DNA of 35,613 nucleotides from a virus: IMG/VR virus record IMGVR_UViG_3300045988_062966, positions 1 to 35,613 of that record; one strand, 5' to 3'. Shown piece by piece: positions 25,756 to 31,893 of this stretch (position 1 is its first letter; each line of letters starts with the position of its first letter). The notes under the pieces were generated by a model. It saw only the letters and a program-made list of their open reading frames with translations, ran no database searches and was not told where the DNA came from. The position numbers and the translations under genes were made by a program.

Positions 25756-26004
25756 CTATTGCCGTACACGCCGGAACTCCTTCCGCTTTCTGCGGGCCAG
25801 TTGCCGGGCCTGCATCAGAGAGACCTCGGGCCATCGTCCGAGGCTCAGATCAGTAACCCTGCCTCCGTAGGAAATGCGGAGACACCAACTTTTGACCCCC
25901 GAGGGGTGAACCCGAAGGGTGAGGCCGTGGCCATCGGTCACGGTGTATCGCGTTTCACGCGGTCGCAAGGCCGCAATTTTTCTTGTAGAGAGGTTTTTCG
26001 ACAT
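25756..26004 (-). pseudogene. P4-type tyrosine integrase fragment: N-terminal arm-binding (DUF4102-like) domain only, 82 codons
   Basis: MSKNLSTRKIAALRPRETRYTVTDGHGLTLRVHPSGVKSWCLRISYGGRVTDLSLGRWPEVSLMQARQLARR, followed by a stop. There is no catalytic domain and no SD. Its ATG shares the CATG at 26002-26005 with the divergent downstream gene. Confidence 0.7.
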
Positions 26005-26761
26005 GAAGCCCAATGAGATCAAAGAAATCCCGCACGTCGATGAGGACGGCTACTTTGATGGCATGGTGGCCTGCATGGCCGACGCGAAGGGCTCGCTGAT
26101 GCTCGGCGCGGACTGCTATGACATCGCCGCCCCCGAAGACGATGGGAAGCACTTTTTCAAGCTGTCTGCCGACAAAAATGGCTGGGAGGCGGAAGCTATT
26201 CCGCAAACAGCCGAGGAATGCGTTGGCATCGTGCTCGATCATCACAAGCAGACGGAAAGAATTCACAAACTCCGCACGGTTTTCGATGAGCTCACGAAGG
26301 TCTCGGCGACCTATCGCCTTGTCCAAGACCCGGAGACGAACGCCCGAACGGTCGAAAAGATTCCGGAAAAGACTGTTGAGGAAGTGCGCACCGATAAGAA
26401 GCGGGCTCTCGACTCTGCCTTTGCGTCTTGGTATGAGGACGGCGCGACGGTCGTTTCGAGCCTTGGTTTTGAGGCGGATTCGGATCAGCGTGCTATGACC
26501 GACGTGAACGGCCTTGTCACCGCCCACGAAGCGCAGGCGACCTTCTCCGACTCCGGCGTCGTCTTCATGGACGCCAAAAACGAAGGTCATCAGCTCACGC
26601 TCGATCAGCTGAAAATCCTGCAGCTTGAGATCATCGCGTCCGGAAACGCCGCCTATCAGGAAAAGTGGAAGCTCCGTGACGCTATCGAGAAGGCGAAAAC
26701 AAAGGAAGAGCTCGAAAAGATCGAGATCGCGTTCCATCCGGCGGACTTCTCGGCTAAGTGA
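26003..26761 (+). CDS. Tail fibre assembly/chaperone-like protein (DUF4376-like C-terminus)
   Basis: AGAGAGG lies 9 nt upstream of ATG 26003. The C-terminus is HQLTLDQLKILQLEIIASGNAAYQEKWKLRDAIEKAKTKEELEKIEI. Confidence 0.5.
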   Translation: MKPNEIKEIPHVDEDGYFDGMVACMADAKGSLMLGADCYDIAAPEDDGKHFFKLSADKNGWEAEAIPQTAEECVGIVLDHHKQTERIHKLRTVFDELTKVSATYRLVQDPETNARTVEKIPEKTVEEVRTDKKRALDSAFASWYEDGATVVSSLGFEADSDQRAMTDVNGLVTAHEAQATFSDSGVVFMDAKNEGHQLTLDQLKILQLEIIASGNAAYQEKWKLRDAIEKAKTKEELEKIEIAFHPADFSAK

Positions 26762-26997
26762 TGTGGGCGTATCTCAAACAGGTGCTCATCGCTTTCGACC
26801 AGCTCATCAATGCTCTTCTCGGAGGATGGGCCGATGAGAGCCTCTCGGCGCATGCGTGGAGGCAGCATCTGGAAGGAAAGCGTGATTGGCCGTACCAACT
26901 CATCGACACGCTCCTCTTCTTCGACGACAACCACTGCCGGGAGAGCTACGAGAGCGAGATCGAACGAAATCAACTGCCGCCCAGCATGCGGGGCTAG
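26758..26997 (+). CDS. Hypothetical small protein (LINALLGGWADESLS ... DDNHC motif)
   Basis: 79-aa ORF whose start overlaps the upstream stop. Confidence 0.5.
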   Translation: MMWAYLKQVLIAFDQLINALLGGWADESLSAHAWRQHLEGKRDWPYQLIDTLLFFDDNHCRESYESEIERNQLPPSMRG

Positions 26998-27004
26998 GTA
27001 TAAT

Positions 27005-27183
27005 CGCCGCCAGCACGAAGCAAGGACGCGGCACATAGCCTGTTCCTGCCTATCCACACCTACCGACGGCCGAGGCAAGGAATTCCCGGCGTATCGCCGG
27101 AGGATAGGCCCCCGCAAGGGGTGTAGAAACGACAAAGCCCAGTGCGCTAACACCGGGCTGAGTCTTTGATGCAAGGGGTGGTT
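27005..27183 (+). promoter_or_regulatory. Structured 5-prime leader of a small-peptide moron (TATAAT at 26999-27004 upstream)
   Basis: Helices read directly are GCCTATCC/GGATAGGC (27048-55 with 27102-09), CCGGCG-TAT-CGCCGG, CCCC-GCAA-GGGG and AGCCC...GGGCT. There is also an 11-nt long-range complement between 27014-27024 and 27199-27209. Confidence 0.4.
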
Positions 27184-27315
27184 ATGCATGCCCTCACTCT
27201 TGCTTCGTGTCAGATTATGCCACACGACATCGTTGTGGTGACGGGCGACATCAATATTGATGGGCTCGTCATTGCCGCCATTTTGGCGGCCTGGCTAATC
27301 GGCAAGAGGCGTTAA
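27184..27315 (+). CDS. 43-aa peptide with a hydrophobic C-terminus and basic tail (MHALTLASCQIMPHDIVVVTGDINIDGLVIAAILAAWLIGKRR)
   Basis: AAGGGGTGG lies upstream of the ATG. The ORF is below the size cutoff of the ORF track. It is bracketed by a candidate promoter and a strong terminator. Confidence 0.4.
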   Translation: MHALTLASCQIMPHDIVVVTGDINIDGLVIAAILAAWLIGKRR

Positions 27316-27320
27316 GTCGC

Positions 27321-27350
27321 AGGGGTCGTTTTCTTCGGAGAGCGGCCCCT
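27321..27350 (+). other. 13-bp stem hairpin capped by a UUCG tetraloop
   Basis: AGGGGTCGTTTTC-TTCG-GAGAGCGGCCCCT, read directly (includes G-U pairs). Confidence 0.6.
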
Positions 27351-27370
27351 CTTGCTATCTGTCTGCTCAG

Positions 27371-27395
27371 GCCCGCCAATGCGCGGGCTTTTTTT
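27371..27395 (+). terminator. Intrinsic terminator GCCCGC-CAAT-GCGGGC-TTTTTTT
   Basis: Canonical GC stem, tetraloop and T7. Confidence 0.8.
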
Positions 27396-27953
27396 ATGGG
27401 TGAATTGATGCTCTATGTGAAATGGATATGTCTGTTGCCGCTGAGCTTCGTCATGGCGGTCGTTGGGAGGCTGCTCGCGCCGATCCTGCCGTTCTTCGCG
27501 AAGTCAGACGGCTATCTGCCCTCGTGGCTTTCGTGGTTTCAGACGCCTGACAACCCTCTTGATGGCGACAAAGGCCATTGGGAGCGCTGGCCGGGCGTCT
27601 CGGCGTGGGCCACCTACAGACGACGGGTTGCGTGGCTTCTCCGGAACGTCTGCTACGGCTTCGATATCTCGGTGCTCGGGCAGAAGACTAAGCCGGGAGA
27701 CTGGCTCGACATGGACGGGCAGGAAGGCGTGTCCGATCAGCCTTACGGAAAGTCCGGCTACTGGCTTAAGCGCGTCTATCGCGGCGAAAAGCTGGCCTGC
27801 TGGCACCTCTATGTCATCCGGCAGTGGAGCTTACTGCCGTCGAAATGTCTGCGCATTTCACTGGGATGGAAGCTCTTCAGCTTTGACGGCTTGAAAGAGG
27901 AGACGCATCAGCTCACCTGCTATTGCAACCCTTTAAAAACTTTCAAACAGTAA
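27396..27953 (+). CDS. Hypothetical membrane-anchored protein (N-terminal TM; LPSWLSWFQTPDNPLDGD motif); the true start may be ATG 27408
   Basis: 185-aa ORF. The first ATG abuts the terminator T-run. Confidence 0.55.
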   Translation: MGELMLYVKWICLLPLSFVMAVVGRLLAPILPFFAKSDGYLPSWLSWFQTPDNPLDGDKGHWERWPGVSAWATYRRRVAWLLRNVCYGFDISVLGQKTKPGDWLDMDGQEGVSDQPYGKSGYWLKRVYRGEKLACWHLYVIRQWSLLPSKCLRISLGWKLFSFDGLKEETHQLTCYCNPLKTFKQ

Positions 27954-27963
27954 GGAGGTCGTT

Positions 27964-28188
27964 ATGACTAAGGAAGAAGTTCTCGCCAAGCTCAAGGAGC
28001 TCGGTCTCGACGTGAACGGCGCAACGGAAGAAGTGATCCAGAAGGCGCAGGCATGGCTTGAAGACCAGAAGGCTCAGCTCGACACCGAGACGCGCCGCAA
28101 GGTGCGCGCTTTCTGGATCGGCGTCACTGCCGTGGGCATGGCTCTTGGCGGTGCGGCCGGGTGGTACCTGCGCGGCCTCGCGGGGTGA
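27964..28188 (+). CDS. Small protein with a HeH/SAP-like N-terminus and a C-terminal TM segment (possible lysis regulator/holin partner)
   Basis: MTKEEVLAKLKELGLDVNG... and ...FWIGVTAVGMALGGAAGWYL. It lies directly upstream of the holin. Confidence 0.5.
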   Translation: MTKEEVLAKLKELGLDVNGATEEVIQKAQAWLEDQKAQLDTETRRKVRAFWIGVTAVGMALGGAAGWYLRGLAG

Positions 28189-28192
28189 TGCT

Positions 28193-28690
28193 ATGCACTC
28201 GCTTCTACCGGTAGGGGCGGAGGCGGCGTGGATAAAGATAGGTGCGGTATTGGGGGTGATCTGGGGGGCCACGTTAGAGAGTGTCGCCCCCTTGGTCTAT
28301 TGGTATCTGGCCTTCATGGCGGCCGACCTTCTCACCGGGATATGGGCCGCCTGCCGGACCGGGACTTTCAGCACAAAGCGCATTAGCTTTGGGATGGCGA
28401 AGAAGGGACTTGCCTTTTTCATCATCACTCTTGCGCACGGCATCGACGTGAGCTTCTGGTTCGTGCTCCACGACATGCCACTTTTTCAAAGCGTGACGCT
28501 CTGCGCCTATGCCTGCGGCGAATTCGGCTCGATCGTCGAAAACATAGAGCGGGCGGGGTTCGGAGACGCACTGCCTCCAGTCCTCAAGAAGCTTTTCTTG
28601 ACGCTAGATAAGCGCCTTGAGAATGCCGTGGACTCCAAGCTCGATCAGATCGGACTCGACGACGAGGAGAAAGACAAGAAGACCAAATAG
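28193..28690 (+). CDS. Holin (phage_holin_4-like, multi-TM)
   Basis: AADLLTGIWAA...KKGLAFFIITLAH...CGEFGSIVENIERAG matches the recalled holin_4 signature. It is the internal ATG of tracked ORF 28058..28690. Confidence 0.65.
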   Translation: MHSLLPVGAEAAWIKIGAVLGVIWGATLESVAPLVYWYLAFMAADLLTGIWAACRTGTFSTKRISFGMAKKGLAFFIITLAHGIDVSFWFVLHDMPLFQSVTLCAYACGEFGSIVENIERAGFGDALPPVLKKLFLTLDKRLENAVDSKLDQIGLDDEEKDKKTK

Positions 28691-28691
28691 C

Positions 28692-28728
28692 AAAAGCCGC
28701 TCGGGGGCTTAGACCGGGCGGCTTTTTT
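28692..28728. terminator. Bidirectional-looking intrinsic terminator AAAAGCCGC...GCGGCTTTTTT
   Basis: The stem is flanked by an A-run and a T-run, read directly. Confidence 0.7.
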
Positions 28729-28753
28729 ATAGGTGTTGATTTCTAGGAGACCT

Positions 28754-28936
28754 ATGGGGCATATTTTATCACCTTTGGCGGGCGCACTTTGCCCGGTGAT
28801 GAGGCGGCTAGTGTTGAAGAGAGACAGCGAACTGCCATGGGTAGTCAGGCTTGCGAGGTGGGCGGGACTTTCCTTCTCCGCGAGCTATGGCGCTCTTCTC
28901 CTTGCCGAGAAATTCAAGGAGGTTTTCTATGACTGA
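28754..28936 (+). CDS. Possible 60-aa protein translationally coupled to the endolysin
   Basis: AGGAG lies 5 nt upstream of ATG 28754. Its stop TGA (28934-36) overlaps the endolysin ATG (28929). No family was recognised. Confidence 0.3.
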   Translation: MGHILSPLAGALCPVMRRLVLKRDSELPWVVRLARWAGLSFSASYGALLLAEKFKEVFYD

Positions 28937-29378
28937 GATGAAGAATTACGGCGAATGGCCCGTTGATTGGGCGGGGCCTTTCGTGAAGGGATGGGAAGGG
29001 TTCCGTGCGAAGGCGTATCAGTGTACGTCCGGAATCTGGACGATTGGCTACGGGCATACCGCCGATGTTGAGCCCGATGACGTGGTGACGAACTACGAGG
29101 CGGAAGATTGGCTGCGGCAGGATCTCCAGTTCACGGTGGATCGACTTGCGCCTTACATCAATGTGAAGGTTACGAAGGGGCAGTTCATTGCGCTCACGTC
29201 TCTTGCCTTCAATATCGGCGTGCGCGGGCTCGTCGGCAAATGCCCGAAGCTCATGCGTGCGCTAAATGCCGGCGAATACGAAGAATGCGCGAAGCAGTTC
29301 CTCGACATTACGAATGGCGGCGTGCCCGGCCTCGTTCGCCGGAGAAAAGCGGAGGCGGCGCTCTTCGAAGGAGAGTAA
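28929..29378 (+). CDS. Endolysin, GH24 (T4/lambda-type lysozyme)
   Basis: FVKGWEGFRAKAYQCTSGIWTIGYGHT...QFIALTSLAFNIG. AAGGAGG lies upstream. Confidence 0.85.
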   Translation: MTEMKNYGEWPVDWAGPFVKGWEGFRAKAYQCTSGIWTIGYGHTADVEPDDVVTNYEAEDWLRQDLQFTVDRLAPYINVKVTKGQFIALTSLAFNIGVRGLVGKCPKLMRALNAGEYEECAKQFLDITNGGVPGLVRRRKAEAALFEGE

Positions 29379-29786
29379 ATGAACTGGAAAGCACTGGCAA
29401 TCGTAGCCGCGTTGACCGCGGCTTTCATCGGCGGCTATCAGTACGCGGCGGCGCTTTACGAAAAGGACGCGGCGGAGCTTCGGGAGGCCGAGGCCGTTGC
29501 CCGTGCCGATATGGGGAGGAAGCAATATGCGAAGATGGTTGAAGCGCTGGACGCTCTTGCCGGCCTGCGCGGTGAGCTTGCCGATGCTCGCGCTGATGCT
29601 GAGCGGGTGCGCCGCGCCGCCGAGGTACGTGCAAGAAGAACAAGCGCCGCTGCCTGCAGTGCTGAGCGCGCCGCAATTACCGCGTGCGAACGACTTCTCC
29701 GCGAAAGTGTCGGACTTCTCGCGGAGGGTCGAGAGCTACTTCAGGAAACAGCCGGAGTTCACGACGCAGTGACGGCGGCCAAGTGA
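29379..29786 (+). CDS. i-spanin (Rz-like)
   Basis: An N-terminal TM (WKALAIVAALTAAFIGG) is followed by a coiled-coil Ala/Arg/Glu-rich periplasmic part. Confidence 0.7.
   Translation: MNWKALAIVAALTAAFIGGYQYAAALYEKDAAELREAEAVARADMGRKQYAKMVEALDALAGLRGELADARADAERVRRAAEVRARRTSAAACSAERAAITACERLLRESVGLLAEGRELLQETAGVHDAVTAAK
29527..29772 (+). CDS. o-spanin (Rz1-like), embedded in the +1 frame of the i-spanin gene
   Basis: MRRWLKRWTLLPACAVSLPMLALMLSGC carries a lipobox (LSGC) and is followed by a Pro-rich mature part. Confidence 0.7.
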   Translation: MRRWLKRWTLLPACAVSLPMLALMLSGCAAPPRYVQEEQAPLPAVLSAPQLPRANDFSAKVSDFSRRVESYFRKQPEFTTQ

Positions 29787-29808
29787 AAAATGCCCGCGCA
29801 TGGCGGGC
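29786..29808 (-). terminator. Leftward intrinsic terminator (minus strand GCCCGC-N5-GCGGGC + TTTTT)
   Basis: The A-run at 29786-29790 on the plus strand becomes the U-tail on the minus strand. Confidence 0.55.
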
Positions 29809-29829
29809 CTCCAAAAACCATCGCCTTAG

Positions 29830-29868
29830 TGACTACTCCCCGTCCAATTCTTCGAATTGGGCGAGGCT
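29830..29868. repeat. IR-L of a perfect 39-bp inverted repeat (TGACTACTCCCCGTCCAATTCTTCGAATTGGGCGAGGCT)
   Basis: Exact reverse complement of 30056-30094. It contains the internal palindrome CCAATTC-TTC-GAATTGG. Confidence 0.9.
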
Positions 29869-30053
29869 TCTCGCTTCTTCGGTCACAACCCGGATGTCTC
29901 CGGGATTTACACGACCTCAGCGAGCATTTGGAGAGGACATTTCTCTCCGCAGGACGGGTAGCCCCTCCGCCATCAGTTTTTTAAGGGCCGCGATTGCCTC
30001 AAACGCTTCCCGTACTTTGCTATTGGCCGCGCGATGGTTGAAGGCGCGATTTT

Positions 30054-30581
30054 TTAGCCTCGCCCAATTCGAAGAATTGGACGGGGAGTAGTCAGTCCGT
30101 AGATTTCGGCGATGGCGTCCCGGTCATACTGTTCGATCACGTCCGGGAGCCCGTCTTCTTTAAGCCCCTTGCGCACCGCTGATTCGTACTCCCATCGGTC
30201 GCAAAGCGCCATAGCCTCTATCGCGATGTCGAGGCCGACGGCAAACATCTGCAGGTCCGTATTCATGAGCGGCGTGCCCTTCTCGAGCGCGGCATAGAGG
30301 CGGACGCCCGCTTCTCTGGCGGCTACAAGCCGATCCCGATAGCGCTCCCCGTCCTCGATCTTGTCGAGGAGGTTGATGGTCATCATGATCGGGCCGGCGA
30401 CGGTGTTGACCTCTTCGGTCGTTGCCTCGCCTGCGAAGAGCGCCTTCAGAGCCAGCCGCGGGGCGAGCTCGATGCGAAGGCGCTGCTTTTCGCTGAGGGG
30501 CGTTGCCGCTCTCCACCAGGGGAGCTTTTTGGGGAGTTTCGGGGTATAGCGCTTAGTGCGCTTTGGTTTCTGCTTCGGCAT
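30054..30581 (-). CDS. Hypothetical protein with a basic N-terminus (last gene of the early-left operon)
   Basis: 175-aa ORF. The C-terminal 13 aa are encoded by IR-R, and the stop TAA lies in the first bases of the cassette core. Confidence 0.55.
   Translation of the reverse strand: MPKQKPKRTKRYTPKLPKKLPWWRAATPLSEKQRLRIELAPRLALKALFAGEATTEEVNTVAGPIMMTINLLDKIEDGERYRDRLVAAREAGVRLYAALEKGTPLMNTDLQMFAVGLDIAIEAMALCDRWEYESAVRKGLKEDGLPDVIEQYDRDAIAEIYGLTTPRPILRIGRG
30056..30094. repeat. IR-R of the perfect 39-bp inverted repeat
   Basis: Exact reverse complement of 29830-29868. It encodes the last 13 codons (TTPRPILRIGRG) of ORF 30054..30581. Confidence 0.9.
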
Positions 30582-30897
30582 TGGCGGGCTCCTTGATGGA
30601 GTATCGCTCGAGCGTGAGGCTGATCTTGTAGTCGGCCTTCAGCTCAATGAACTGTTTGAAGGCGGGATGCAGAATCAAGAGTTGCTCAAGCATTACGCAC
30701 GCATCCGCAAGCTCTCCGCACAGGGCGTCTTGGCGCACGACTTCGAAGCCGTCGCCCTTCCGGGCGCGAGCGTACTGGAGGAGAGCGACGGAAGCCTCGC
30801 CGAACGCTTCGGCGGCGCGGAGAAGCACGCGCTCCTCGTCAAAGTGCCATGCGATGGCGTCAAGGTCTTCTTTTTGGTTATTTGTGAACTCGATCAT
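30553..30897 (-). CDS. MazG-like nucleotide pyrophosphohydrolase (putative)
   Basis: AAEAFGEASVALLQY...CGELADACVMLEQL fits the E..E / E..D helix pattern of small MazG proteins. Confidence 0.4.
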   Translation of the reverse strand: MIEFTNNQKEDLDAIAWHFDEERVLLRAAEAFGEASVALLQYARARKGDGFEVVRQDALCGELADACVMLEQLLILHPAFKQFIELKADYKISLTLERYSIKEPANAEAETKAH

Positions 30898-30909
30898 CGT
30901 TATTCCGAT

Positions 30910-30935
30910 AAAAAGCCCGGCGGGTTAGGCCGGGC
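30910..30935 (-). terminator. Intrinsic terminator (minus strand GCCCGGC-N7-GCCGGGC + TTTTT)
   Basis: Read directly. Confidence 0.65.
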
Positions 30936-30949
30936 GGACGTATGGGGCC

Positions 30950-31447
30950 TTACGAGATGACGACTGACTGGCGGTCTTCGAGGGCCGCGCCGGGGATGTC
31001 CTCACCGGCCTTGAGGGCCTTCTTGAGGGCCACTTTATCCGGGGCGAAGGTCGTTTTGACGTGCTTGAATGCGTCCGGCAGCGCGTCGAGGTCGAAGACG
31101 GTGACGGCCTGAGACTTACCGATGCGGACGGATGCCATGACGCCCTTGACCTTGCCGCCCATCGCTTCGAGCGCGGGCATCATGTAGGTCTTCAGGCGGC
31201 TCGATTTGTTCTCCAGTGCCTTGCGGCGCTTTGCGAGGCGGTCTTCTTCGGCCTTGATGGCTTCGGCCTCGGCTTCGAGCTCGCGCACGTAGCAGGCCGT
31301 GCCCTCGAGCTTTTCAGCGGCTTGCCCCTGGTATTCGGCATATGCGGCAAGAGCATCTCCGTCAACTTCTCCGGTATCCGGATCGGCGTCGAGGCGGTCG
31401 AGAAGGTCGCGCAGCGCGCCGGGGATTTCGTATAGTTTCATGATCAA
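30950..31447 (-). CDS. Gp157-family protein (host-nuclease-inhibitor-like)
   Basis: MKLYEIPGALRDLLDRL..., a coiled-coil middle, and ...ALPDAFKHVKTTFAPDKVALKKALKAGEDIPGAAL match the recalled Sipho_Gp157 layout. Confidence 0.6.
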   Translation of the reverse strand: MIMKLYEIPGALRDLLDRLDADPDTGEVDGDALAAYAEYQGQAAEKLEGTACYVRELEAEAEAIKAEEDRLAKRRKALENKSSRLKTYMMPALEAMGGKVKGVMASVRIGKSQAVTVFDLDALPDAFKHVKTTFAPDKVALKKALKAGEDIPGAALEDRQSVVIS

Positions 31448-31455
31448 AAAGGTAT

Positions 31456-31482
31456 AAAAAAGCCCCGGTGGTTGGCCGGGGC
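31456..31482 (-). terminator. Intrinsic terminator (minus strand GCCCCGG-N7-CCGGGGC + TTTTTT)
   Basis: Read directly. Confidence 0.7.
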
Positions 31483-31492
31483 TTGGGGTTGA

Positions 31493-31882
31493 TTAGAAGG
31501 GAACGTCTTCTTCGAGGTGATCCATCGTCTCTTGCTGTTCTTCGGACTTCTTCTTTCCGGAGCCGACGAACTGCATGCTTTCGCAGACGATCTCAGTCAC
31601 CGTCCTATCGAAGCCCTCGTTGTCCTTGTACTTGCGGGTGCGGAGCCGCCCTTCGAAGAGGGCGCTCGAGCCCTTCTTGAGGTACTGCTGAGCAAGTTCG
31701 GCGGTGCGTCCGTAAACTGCGATTGAATGCCATTGCGTTTCGGTCGTGGCTTCGCCGTCGCGGTTCTTGTAGCGGCGGGACGTTGCCACGCGGATGACGC
31801 CGTAGGCGTTGCCGTTGCTCTCCCTGATGTCGGGGTCGGCCCCGAGGTTGCCGAGGATGATGACCTTGTTGAGTGAAGCCAT
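31493..31882 (-). CDS. ssb: Single-stranded DNA-binding protein
   Basis: MASLNKVIILGNLGADPDIR...TQWHSIAVYGRTAE...EGRLRTRKY... with the acidic tail EEDVPF. AAGGAG lies upstream of ATG 31882. Confidence 0.9.
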   Translation of the reverse strand: MASLNKVIILGNLGADPDIRESNGNAYGVIRVATSRRYKNRDGEATTETQWHSIAVYGRTAELAQQYLKKGSSALFEGRLRTRKYKDNEGFDRTVTEIVCESMQFVGSGKKKSEEQQETMDHLEEDVPF

Positions 31883-31893
31883 CGTTGTTCTCC

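Larger units (their letters stand above)
29830..30094. mobile_element. 265-bp IR-bounded cassette (candidate MITE-like insertion or invertible segment)
   Basis: 39-bp perfect terminal IRs flank a 187-bp core with no full ORF. The flanks CCATCGCC (29818-25) and GGCGATGG (30108-15) would form a leftward terminator stem if the cassette were absent. Confidence 0.4.

Noticed and set aside
25955-26737. 260-aa minus-strand ORF
   Set aside because: It is antisense to the chaperone-like gene, which has an SD and a recognisable C-terminal motif. It has no motifs of its own.
27051-27058. DnaA-box-like TATCCACA
   Set aside because: It is a single 8/9 match far from the iteron origin and embedded in an RNA helix. 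It is most likely fortuitous.
29684-30091. Plus-strand ORFs 29684..30091 and 29790..29984 spanning the inverted-repeat cassette
   Set aside because: They are created by reading through the repeats and terminators. They are Arg/Ser-rich and have no SD. They are useful only for showing what an inverted core would append to the neighbouring gene.
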